DNA of 26,816 bases from Methanotrichaceae archaeon (GCA_963754945.1 CAVWIG010000037.1:1-26816); one strand, 5' to 3'; shown: positions 8,659-17,138, numbered from the stretch's first letter. The notes: generated by a model not told the origin, from the letters alone. Translations and numbers: made by a program.

Positions 8659-11600
8659 ATGGACTTCGTCAAGTTGGTCTTTGTCTGCACTCTGGTCGTG
8701 GCTCTTCTCACTACAAGCCAAGCCCAGGAGAATTCCGCCAGGTACTGGCTTGAAAAAGGCCAGGCCCTTAGCTCTAATGGCTCTTATCAAGAAGCATTGT
8801 CGTCTTTTAATAACTCCATTGGGCTCGATAGCCGACAAGCTGCGGCTTGGACAGGCAAGGGAGATGTGCTGTACAAACTTGGTGGATACGAAGCCGCAGC
8901 GAACTGTTACGATCACGCGGTGGGCATCGATTCAGAGAACCCTGTGGCCTGGGAGGGCAAGGGTCTGGCCGCCTCGAAGCTGGGACGATACAAGATGGCC
9001 AGGCTCAGCTTCGAGTCTGCTCTGCGCCTTGACCCGAACAACAGAGCGTTCTTGTACAACATGGCTCAGGTCCTGAATAAGCTAGAGGATTACCAGGATG
9101 CCTTGGATGCTTACAACAAGTTGGATAAGATGACACCAGGGAACACCAGTGTGATTCTTGGCAAAGGCGATGCCCTAAGGGGTCTGGATAGGTTCGAAGA
9201 ATCAATCTCATGCTACGACAACGTCACTAAGACGGATCAACGAAACCGGTATGCAGTATTGGGAAAAGCAGAGGCATTGGTCGGCCAGGCAGAAGTGCTC
9301 TCGGGACTGCACAGGTTTGATGAAGCTATTCAACTCTACGATAAGGCTTCCGAACTCGACAGGAACAACTCTGATTCGCTCATGGGCAAGGCTAGAGCGC
9401 TGGCTGGAATAGGAGACCAACTGCTAGAACAGGGCAGCTTCAAAGAGGCTGGAGCGCTTTACAACCAATCACTGCTGTTGATCCCACAAAATCCGTTCGC
9501 GTTAGCAGGATTAGAAAACGTCTCTTCTCTCATAAAAGAGAGCTCTGAGCACGAGAAGTCAAAGACCAATATCGTACTTCCTTCAACAGAAAGCATTTCA
9601 ACCAATCTCATCGGACCCAGGGTTAAGGCACCTGAGGTCAACAACACACCTCGAAAACCTAGAAACGATTATAGCTACTGGATTAATAGAAGCCTGGAGC
9701 TCAGTCGAAATGGATCATTCGATGAAGCTCTGGCCTCCTTCAACCAAACTCTAGAGCTGGACGACCATCAGGCAGAGGCTTGGATAGGCAAAGGAGATGC
9801 ACTCTACAAACTAGGAAGATACGAGGAAGCAACCAACTGCTATGACCGGGCTATAGGCATCGATTCGGAAAACCCAAGGGCCTGGGAAGGCAAGGGCCTG
9901 GCCACATCGAAGCAGGGCAATCTAAGAATGGCCCGGTTCAGTCTGGATGCTGCGCTGCGCCTAGACCCGGATAACGCTCTGCTCTGGTACAATGCGGCCT
10001 ATGTTCACACCGGTCTGAAGGAGTATACCGATGCACTGGATAGCTACGATAGAGCTGAAAAGCTATCACCTGGCAACGTCCCCGCGTTCCTCGGAAAAGG
10101 CGGCGTTCTGATGATTCTAGGAAAGTACGGTGATGCAGTAAAGTGTTACGACCAGATTTTGGTCATCGATCCAAAGAACCTCAGCGCTATATTGGGGAAG
10201 GGAGATGCACTTCTGGCTTTGAAAGAGTACGATATGGCTCTGGAATCATATCAGAACGCCCTTGCCATCGATTCCAGAAATGTCACCGCTTATGTGGGCA
10301 GCGGAACCGTATTATCTGCTCAGAAGAAACTTGATCCGGCCCTTGAGTCCTATCAAAGGGCCTTGAATGTAAGCCCTGAAAACATCCAGGCCCAACTGGG
10401 AAAAGGGGATCTGCTATGGCAGAAAGGCAGTCTTGATCCGGCCCTCGAATCCTACGAGGACGTCCTCAAGCTCGATCCGGGCAATTCGTTTGCTCTCGCG
10501 GGGAAGGGAGATGTGCTCCGCCAACAGAGAAGATTGAACTTATCCCGCGTCAGCTACGAGTCTGCCCTAGGCCTCGATCCAAAGAATACCAGGGCTCTGG
10601 AAGGCCTGGCAGAGGTGGAATACCAGCAGAAGGACTTCGAAGGCGCCCTGAAATCCTACCAGAACGTCCACCAAATGGAACCGAAGAACATAAAGGCGCT
10701 GGTGAGACAAGGAGACATCCTCCGCCTGCAGGGGATGCTAGAAAAAGCCCTGGAATCCTATCAAATGGCCTTGGACCTTGACCCGAGAGACATCGAGGCC
10801 CTCTTAGGAGAAGGAAATGCTTTGCTCTTGGAAGAGAAGTTCGACTTGGCCCTGGGATTCTATACTAAGGCGCTTTCCATCGATCCGGGGGACACCAGGG
10901 CGCTTGAGGGAAGAGGCGATGCCCTTTACCACAAAAAGGATCTGGACGGAGCTCTCGCCTCATACCAAAAAGCCTTGATTCTAAACCCCCTGAAGCCCGG
11001 ATCTCTCGCTGGCATTGGAGACATCCTCTGCGATCGCGGCAATTTCACTGCGGGCCTGCAATTCTACAGAATGGCCATTGAACGAGACGACACCTGCGTA
11101 AGAGCATTAACAGGAGAAGGGATTGTACTGGCTGCACTTAACCGCTCCGCTGATGCATTGAAATGTTTTGACCGGATTGTTTCTTTGTATCCTGATAGCG
11201 CGGCCGCCTGGTCCAATAAAGGAAGCCTTATGGCGGCAACGGGAACATTAACTGATGCTCTAGGATGCTTCCAAAAAGCATCAGGTTTGGACCCCTCAAG
11301 CGAAGCTGTTTGGTCTAACCTGGGATTGACCTTCTATGAGCTTGGAAGATACCAGGAGTCAGCGGATTCGTACAAAAAAGCGCTCAGCTTGAAACCCGAA
11401 GACCCTACTGGTTGGTATGGCCGAGGGCTAGCTTTGAACAGAACAGGCCAGATCGATGAAGCAATAAAAAGCTATCAGAACGCCACAAGATTAGACCCGG
11501 GCTACACAGCAGCTTGGTACAACCAGGGACTGGCCCTGGCGAAATTGAACCGTAGTCAGGAAGCAGTCGATTGCTTCAACCGAGTTCTGGAGATCAATCC

Positions 11601-11670
11601 AAACATCTCTGAGGCCAAGTACAGCAGGGATCTGCTCCTGGATCTACATAAAGAGAATCTTTCGGGTTGA
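8659..11670 (+). CDS. Large secreted tetratricopeptide-repeat protein
   Basis: Signal peptide (..TTSQA), more than 20 34-aa TPR units of the W..KG.AL..LG.Y.EA...Y..AL.LDP type, and several N-x-S/T sequons. Confidence 0.93.
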   Translation: MDFVKLVFVCTLVVALLTTSQAQENSARYWLEKGQALSSNGSYQEALSSFNNSIGLDSRQAAAWTGKGDVLYKLGGYEAAANCYDHAVGIDSENPVAWEGKGLAASKLGRYKMARLSFESALRLDPNNRAFLYNMAQVLNKLEDYQDALDAYNKLDKMTPGNTSVILGKGDALRGLDRFEESISCYDNVTKTDQRNRYAVLGKAEALVGQAEVLSGLHRFDEAIQLYDKASELDRNNSDSLMGKARALAGIGDQLLEQGSFKEAGALYNQSLLLIPQNPFALAGLENVSSLIKESSEHEKSKTNIVLPSTESISTNLIGPRVKAPEVNNTPRKPRNDYSYWINRSLELSRNGSFDEALASFNQTLELDDHQAEAWIGKGDALYKLGRYEEATNCYDRAIGIDSENPRAWEGKGLATSKQGNLRMARFSLDAALRLDPDNALLWYNAAYVHTGLKEYTDALDSYDRAEKLSPGNVPAFLGKGGVLMILGKYGDAVKCYDQILVIDPKNLSAILGKGDALLALKEYDMALESYQNALAIDSRNVTAYVGSGTVLSAQKKLDPALESYQRALNVSPENIQAQLGKGDLLWQKGSLDPALESYEDVLKLDPGNSFALAGKGDVLRQQRRLNLSRVSYESALGLDPKNTRALEGLAEVEYQQKDFEGALKSYQNVHQMEPKNIKALVRQGDILRLQGMLEKALESYQMALDLDPRDIEALLGEGNALLLEEKFDLALGFYTKALSIDPGDTRALEGRGDALYHKKDLDGALASYQKALILNPLKPGSLAGIGDILCDRGNFTAGLQFYRMAIERDDTCVRALTGEGIVLAALNRSADALKCFDRIVSLYPDSAAAWSNKGSLMAATGTLTDALGCFQKASGLDPSSEAVWSNLGLTFYELGRYQESADSYKKALSLKPEDPTGWYGRGLALNRTGQIDEAIKSYQNATRLDPGYTAAWYNQGLALAKLNRSQEAVDCFNRVLEINPNISEAKYSRDLLLDLHKENLSG

Positions 11671-11804
11671 CTGGAAGATCTATTGAGCTGGAATCGATAA
11701 TAGCGAATGATTATCTTATCGTCACAGAAAGCTGAGGTAGCACCGTTGGAGATGCACCATAGAGGGTGGTGGGAAAACCATTTCTACGTACTCCAGCAAG
11801 CTTG

Positions 11805-12266
11805 CTACCATCTTCCCTCAGCACTTCGTTTTTTGGCTTGCAAAACGTTTTGATTTATGTCTTGATTTACCAAGCCAGTAACCTCAGCCAACAATCTGTA
11901 CTGCCTGTTGTTTCTGTTGCCTTTGCGTTCCAGAAGACCGTCGCGGTTCATTCTGGAGAGGTAAGTGGAGACAGTGGAGAGCTTGATATCGTCAGAAACA
12001 GTCTCGTATTTATCTCTGAGCTGCTGAGTTGTGAACCAGTTTTCAGGAAATTCGAACCTGATGAAATTCTCCAATCTGTCCATCAAGGTTCCACCGGCTT
12101 CGTAGGTATGAGCGGATTGAGGCTGGCTTTCTTTCTCAGAGAATACACCTGAGGCACCCAAATAACTTACAATCTTGTCTCTGAGATCCTCTCCCCCGAG
12201 CTCTTGGGATTCGAACTCATAGACTGATTTCATGCCTTTGTCTTCGATCTCAATCCGGATCCTCAT
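11805..12266 (-). CDS. Uncharacterised protein with C-terminal winged helix-turn-helix
   Basis: C-terminal WFTTQQLRDKY..IKLSTVSTYLSRMNRDGLLERKG..RQYRL fits a wHTH pattern, and there is a short N-terminal beta-beta-alpha module. GGTG lies just upstream of the ATG. Confidence 0.8.
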   Translation of the reverse strand: MRIRIEIEDKGMKSVYEFESQELGGEDLRDKIVSYLGASGVFSEKESQPQSAHTYEAGGTLMDRLENFIRFEFPENWFTTQQLRDKYETVSDDIKLSTVSTYLSRMNRDGLLERKGNRNNRQYRLLAEVTGLVNQDINQNVLQAKKRSAEGRW

Positions 12267-13140
12267 GTAACACCAACTCTTGATCCTTCCCTCGATCTAA
12301 GCGTTGAGTCCAGGAGCCTGATCGAGGGTCACTGAAATCCCTTCGGTGATTGAACGATCTATCTTCTCGTATCCGGCTACGTCAAATCTGTGTCCTTGGC
12401 GCAGATCAATTGACAGTGTGAACAACTTGATGCTTCCCCTCATGTATCTTCCCTTCCATCTACCCTACAGATCTGGAAGGATCGAATCAGGACCGAAAAG
12501 ACCCCCTTATTCGTGCCTGACACGACCCAATTTCCTTCACTCGTGTCATCCCTTCACTTCGTGCACAAACGCCACCATCTCGATTTTCAACGATCGAAAA
12601 CCGATACGGTTCCATCTTATCCCGCTGTCCCTTTCCAGCGGCCTGGATTACGTTTATGCATCTCCAACTTCTAGCCCTCTTGTCGTCCCTTTCCGACAGT
12701 TAGGCTTTTAATGGATCCGGACTAGCTTCCAATCTCAAACTCGGCCGTCCCTTTTTCGGCTTTGATTGAGAGTTCGAACCAATCTTGTCCGATCCGAACT
12801 GCTTCTCCCTTCTTGCTCCCTGGTGCCATCCCTTATCGAGGCGTACTGACATACAGCTCGTAACTTGCCAGGGATCACAAAGATCCTGGCTTCCCCTTCA
12901 TTGCTACTCAGTTCGTGCCATCCCTTCAGGTGACTCGAGCTTGTACAATATGGACAAAGTCAGGATCGTTACAGATCTTGTGCATCGTTATATCTGTTGA
13001 ATGCCTTCGAACCGCGATCACGACTTTTCCACAGTACGCCGTTTGCGGACCTGCGAAGACCCATCCATCCCCTCAAGACGAATAGCTCCTCAGACAACTC
13101 CTGTCTGATGTATTCAGACAGGGTGTCAACCCTTTTTTGA
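12267..13140 (-). ncRNA. Candidate large structured RNA / 5' leader with repeated AAGGGA motifs (family unassigned)
   Basis: No convincing ORF. Multiple stems (12289-12328, 12562-12660, 12580-12604, 12622-12641, 12681-12698, 12744-12760, 12771-12800, 13100-13122), several of them needing G-U pairs available only on the minus strand. Nine exact AAGGGA copies on the minus strand. A BRE/TATA lies immediately upstream. Boundaries are approximate. Confidence 0.6.
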
Positions 13141-13163
13141 CAACTATAACCTTGTAATAGAAG

Positions 13164-13178
13164 TATATAAACTTTTCC
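13164..13178 (-). promoter_or_regulatory. Archaeal promoter (BRE + TATA box)
   Basis: The minus strand reads GGAAAAG-TTTATATA, a purine-rich BRE directly 5' of a consensus TATA. This predicts a transcription start near 13140. Confidence 0.7.
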
Positions 13179-13381
13179 AACAGTCGAAAGTTGTAGTTAA
13201 TCGATAACAACAAAGAATATAGTTTTATTTTTGAAATAGAACCAGTATAGTAGTCTAAATAGTATTCACACATAATGCTTTCGACGGGAAACTTGTAGTG
13301 TATATCGCTGTTGAGAGGAGATACTAATTGATACTATCATAATAATAAGATATCCGCAGATGCTTTAATTATGTTCGCGAC

Positions 13382-13402
13382 ATTGTGAAAGCTTTTCACA
13401 AT
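13382..13402. promoter_or_regulatory. Perfect palindrome, candidate transcription-factor operator
   Basis: ATTGTGAAA-GCT-TTTCACAAT (9-bp arms, 3-nt spacer) in AT-rich intergenic DNA, with a further half-site ATTGTGAA at 13427-13434. Confidence 0.45.
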
Positions 13403-13569
13403 CCTTACGTTTCGCAGATATTGTAGATTGTGAATCCCATTTCTTAGGTTGACCAACTCATCGGAATTAGCGGTTGTGCGCGGAGTTCAAAAGGATATTA
13501 TTCCCGAGATTTATTGTTGTGACCGCCAAAGAGCGGTCGTCTCTCCACCATACTAAAAAAGTGAGTTAT

Positions 13570-13692
13570 TTAAGAAGCCTGATTTGGTTCGAAGTACTCT
13601 TCAATAAGCCAGTCGCCGATCTCTTTTAGATACTTGCGCCTGCGCTCATCTTCCAAAATAAGCTGAAAAACCTCGGATAAATCTTCATCCAT
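13570..13692 (-). CDS. Small acidic protein, 40 aa (below the ORF track cutoff)
   Basis: Manual translation gives MDEDLSEVFQLILEDERRRKYLKEIGDWLIEEYFEPNQAS*. A TTTAAAT TATA-like element lies about 30 nt upstream and a T6 tract just downstream (13555-13560). Confidence 0.6.
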   Translation of the reverse strand: MDEDLSEVFQLILEDERRRKYLKEIGDWLIEEYFEPNQAS

Positions 13693-13760
13693 TGGTGTCT
13701 CATATGTTCCAGGCGGCATTTAAATCTATCGAAAGCAGCCAGGGCAAGCTCAAATCAGAT

Positions 13761-14537
13761 CTAATCTAGATTCTGCATAGGCCTGCGATTTATCCTGGCT
13801 AGGATCAGAGCAACATAGTAAGGCCCTTGTGTCCTCTTCAGCCTGCCAGCGTGCACAGGGTGGTCGCCGCAGAGGACCAGAAGAGTCTCATTCGAGGCGG
13901 CAGATGCTATCTTACCAGCGCAGCGATCTATCGAAATCGCGGCATTTCTTATCTCCTTTGGTCCAAGGCCCAAGTGAACCGTCTTATCTATTCCTATGAA
14001 ATAAGATATTAGTAACCTAGGCTTGCTGGCGAGAGCCTCAAGGGACTTGCTACAGGACTCCTGGTCGAAATCTTCCGGGCTCAAGCAATCTGGAATCCCT
14101 GAAGCGATCTCTATTTTGTCTCTATAGACATCTGCTCCACTCTTTTCCATTATCACAGCAGATCTGAGCCCCTGTAAGCTGGCAGCTTCAGGTAGGCTTG
14201 GCATTCTCGATTTCTCGACGCTCTCTTTATCAAAGATCCTGTGATGCTCAGGCAATAGACCGCTGAGGATGGAAGCGATGGATGGAGATGTGTGAGTGGA
14301 TACGGCTTCTGCTTTCATCAGAAGGCCGCATTTGGCTAAATCCGGTATGTGCTTCAGACCAGGCTCCAGCCACCGGTAGAGATCGTAACCTAGGCTGTCA
14401 ACGATTATTAGAACGGCGTTTCGGCATTTCCAGCCATTTACCTCTCTAATCGGTCTTCCATCCACATTGTGAATGGCTATGCCCAAAACTTGCGCAATGG
14501 TAGGAGCGATATCCACCTGGCTGACATGTCTCATCAC
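13761..14537 (-). CDS. Alkaline phosphatase / sulfatase / phosphodiesterase superfamily protein
   Basis: Metal-ligand motifs LIIVDSLG, STHTSPSIASILSGLLPEHH, IDKTVH and LCGDHP. Confidence 0.8.
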   Translation of the reverse strand: MMRHVSQVDIAPTIAQVLGIAIHNVDGRPIREVNGWKCRNAVLIIVDSLGYDLYRWLEPGLKHIPDLAKCGLLMKAEAVSTHTSPSIASILSGLLPEHHRIFDKESVEKSRMPSLPEAASLQGLRSAVIMEKSGADVYRDKIEIASGIPDCLSPEDFDQESCSKSLEALASKPRLLISYFIGIDKTVHLGLGPKEIRNAAISIDRCAGKIASAASNETLLVLCGDHPVHAGRLKRTQGPYYVALILARINRRPMQNLD

Positions 14538-14706
14538 ATCATCCCAAACATCCGGTCTGAAAGTAATCTTAAGGATTTCCTCCTTATCGCCACGAGATTA
14601 AAGGCTTTCCTGGATTTACCTCAAGGCATCTCCACTGCAAACCACTATCGGTAAAACACCATTGGACTACACAAGGTTATTATAGAATGTAACAGTCCGT
14701 CTAGAC

Positions 14707-15159
14707 ATGGGTTGCCTGAACCGACTTATGGACATCTGCAAAGCCCTAATTCTTGTCAGCCTGTTCGTGTCCCCGGCCTGCGCGAAGGTCGACATCGACT
14801 ACAGCCATAATGTTGCAGGCAATGGAACTGTCATAACCGATTACAAGGTGGGGGACCAGGAGACATCAGTGGCCTCCGGGGCTATTCGCGGCACGGGCAA
14901 TGTAGTTAGCAGCTACTCCTTTTCCACCAATAACTCTTCTGACTTAAGGATTGAGGACAGGTTTGTCCTGACCAAGACTACCGAGAAGGCAACAACTATG
15001 TCAGTAACCCCTAGTTTTCCTCTTTGGCCGGGAAAACCCGGCGTCTTCAGGCTGATAGGGAAAAGCTGGGCAGAAAACATAGAGATCGGATCGTTTAACA
15101 GTTCGAAGAACTACAATAGTTCGTATGCCAGAATCCTCCAAACGTCCGGTTCGAATTAG
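14707..15159 (+). CDS. Hypothetical secreted protein
   Basis: Signal-peptide-like ALILVSLFVSPACA, a Ser/Thr/Asn-rich beta-like body and N-glycosylation sequons. The start may be the second Met. Confidence 0.7.
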   Translation: MGCLNRLMDICKALILVSLFVSPACAKVDIDYSHNVAGNGTVITDYKVGDQETSVASGAIRGTGNVVSSYSFSTNNSSDLRIEDRFVLTKTTEKATTMSVTPSFPLWPGKPGVFRLIGKSWAENIEIGSFNSSKNYNSSYARILQTSGSN

Positions 15160-15268
15160 GGAAAAGCAATAACGAGGGCCGCAGATAGTTCACCAGGAAG
15201 GCACCTGTCTTAAGAGGTTAATATATTCTCCTCCTGAGCCAAACCCTTATAATTTTCACCGCAAAATT

Positions 15269-16720
15269 ATGATTATGAAGCCTGAAGAGATCCAGAAAAA
15301 GTATTCTGAGCTGGTCGGGATTTGCAGCAGGGCAAAAGGCGAGATCTCAGCGAACGAGGAGATTGTGGTGGCATCTCATGTTGATGCAGATGGCCTGACC
15401 TCATCAGGCATAATCTGCACTGCCCTTGAGAGATGCGGGATAGAATACAAGCCACAATTTTTCAGACAGCTCGATGGGCCTGCGCTAGAGCAGATCGCTA
15501 ACATGGGCGTAGGTCTGGTCGTGTTCACTGACCTAGGCAGTGGCATGGTGAAGGAGATCTGTGAATTAGGCATTCGTGCCATCATCGCCGATCATCACAG
15601 GCCAGGACCAGAGGGCGAAACAGGACCTGTGGCCCACATCAACCCTCATCTCGTTGGAGCAGATGGAGCCACAGAGCTTAGTGGCAGCGGGGCATCTTTT
15701 CTTCTCGCCCATGCTTTATCATCGGGGAACGATGACCTCTCTGGCCTAGCAGTCGTTGGCGCAGTTGGGGATCTCCAAGACATGAGCAGGGGTCAGTTGG
15801 TGGGGATCAACCGCGTGATTCTTGAGATTGGCTCTAAGGCTGGTGTCCTCCACTTCGGCAGGGACCTGAAGCTATTTGGCAAGCAGACCCGGCCGGTCTA
15901 TAAGATGCTGGAGTACTCCCAGGATCCGTATGTACCGGGACTGTCCGGTGATGAGGATTCTTGCATCGCCTTTCTAAAGGAGGTTGGGATCCGCCTGGGA
16001 GGTGAGAAGTGGAGACGCTGGATAGACCTGAATCAGGATGAGAAGGCACGAATGGTCTCCGCCCTGGTGAGACGGGGCCTGCGTAGCGGGATCTCCCAAA
16101 CAAAATTGGAACGACTGGTGGGAGAGGTTTACACTCTACTGCGTGAGGCGGAAGGTACCGAACTTCGAGACGCCAGTGAGTATTCTACACTGCTTAACGC
16201 CACTGCTCGCTACGGACATTCGGACGTTGGCCTTAAGGTGTGCATGGGAGATCGAGAGAAGGCTTTCGCTGAGGCGCACACCCTTCTCAACCAGCACAGG
16301 CAGAACCTGGTCAATGGCCTAAAGATCGTCCGCGAGAAGGGAATCACGCCCTTGAAGAACATCCAGTATTTTGATGCAGGAGCCTCCATACTGGACACAA
16401 TCGTGGGAATCGTGGCAGGCATGTGCTTCCAGATGGCCGACAGATCCATGCCCATTCTGGCCTTTGCTCGGACTCCTGAAGGAGACATAAAGGTCTCTGC
16501 TAGGGGAACTCAGGACTTGGTGAGGTCGGGGCTTGACCTGTCGGGAGCCATGTCAGAAGCGGCGCGCGCCCTGGGCGGCGTTGGAGGAGGTCACAACGTG
16601 GCTGCTGGTGCGACCATCCCGCTCAAGGCTCGCGAAGAATTCCTGGAGATGGTGGATGCCATGGTGGGACGCCAGCTATGTGGTCAGGCGCAAGGCAGGA
16701 AGCCCGCTTCGCTCAGGTGA
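15269..16720 (+). CDS. Archaeal RecJ-like DHH/DHHA1 phosphoesterase
   Basis: Motifs SHVDADG, FTDLGSG, ADHH, VGAVGD, KVSAR and GGGHNVAAGA. Confidence 0.92.
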   Translation: MIMKPEEIQKKYSELVGICSRAKGEISANEEIVVASHVDADGLTSSGIICTALERCGIEYKPQFFRQLDGPALEQIANMGVGLVVFTDLGSGMVKEICELGIRAIIADHHRPGPEGETGPVAHINPHLVGADGATELSGSGASFLLAHALSSGNDDLSGLAVVGAVGDLQDMSRGQLVGINRVILEIGSKAGVLHFGRDLKLFGKQTRPVYKMLEYSQDPYVPGLSGDEDSCIAFLKEVGIRLGGEKWRRWIDLNQDEKARMVSALVRRGLRSGISQTKLERLVGEVYTLLREAEGTELRDASEYSTLLNATARYGHSDVGLKVCMGDREKAFAEAHTLLNQHRQNLVNGLKIVREKGITPLKNIQYFDAGASILDTIVGIVAGMCFQMADRSMPILAFARTPEGDIKVSARGTQDLVRSGLDLSGAMSEAARALGGVGGGHNVAAGATIPLKAREEFLEMVDAMVGRQLCGQAQGRKPASLR

Positions 16721-17121
16721 TCTTTTATCACCAGAAAGTGCTCGTTCAGGCTGAAGTTGCCAACGTACATGTGGTTGATGTCGGCTATCACATCCTTCGG
16801 ATTACCCGTCTCGGGATCAAGGACTAAGTAGCCTATTCTGCCTATCCCTATGAAATCGGCATTGATATCGACATCTGTAAGATTTTCATTGGCCTTCAGG
16901 TTCATTCTGGTCGAGAGACGGGTGGCGTCTGTAAACTCCTTGGTGGCGCTAACCTTCATCATGTAGTTTTTGAGGTCTGTGCTCTCCTCGAATTTCTGGT
17001 CGTATGAGAAGAGATGGGCATGAGGATTGCTCTTGCTTCCTATCTCCATAGTGTAATGCGCTGCCAATGCTGGATAGACGACCATCAAGCACAAACCGAC
17101 GATTACGGCCTCCTTTATCAT
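16684..17121 (-). CDS. Hypothetical secreted protein
   Basis: Signal peptide MIKEAVIVGLCLMVVYPALA begins at ATG 17121, 17 bp downstream of the dapF stop. Its 3' end overlaps the DHH gene by 37 bp. Confidence 0.7.
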   Translation of the reverse strand: MIKEAVIVGLCLMVVYPALAAHYTMEIGSKSNPHAHLFSYDQKFEESTDLKNYMMKVSATKEFTDATRLSTRMNLKANENLTDVDINADFIGIGRIGYLVLDPETGNPKDVIADINHMYVGNFSLNEHFLVIKDHLSEAGFLPCA

Positions 17122-17138
17122 GAGATCAGACTCCTGTA

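Noticed and set aside
12338-12926. CRISPR array interpretation of the AAGGGA repeats
   Set aside because: The repeats are only 6-16 nt, degenerate and irregularly spaced, and no cas genes are present in the window.
12346-13000. Plus-strand ORFs 12346-12711 and 12785-13000
   Set aside because: They have GTG/TTG starts, Pro/Ser/Leu/Cys-rich composition that mirrors the pyrimidine repeats, and no recognisable motifs.
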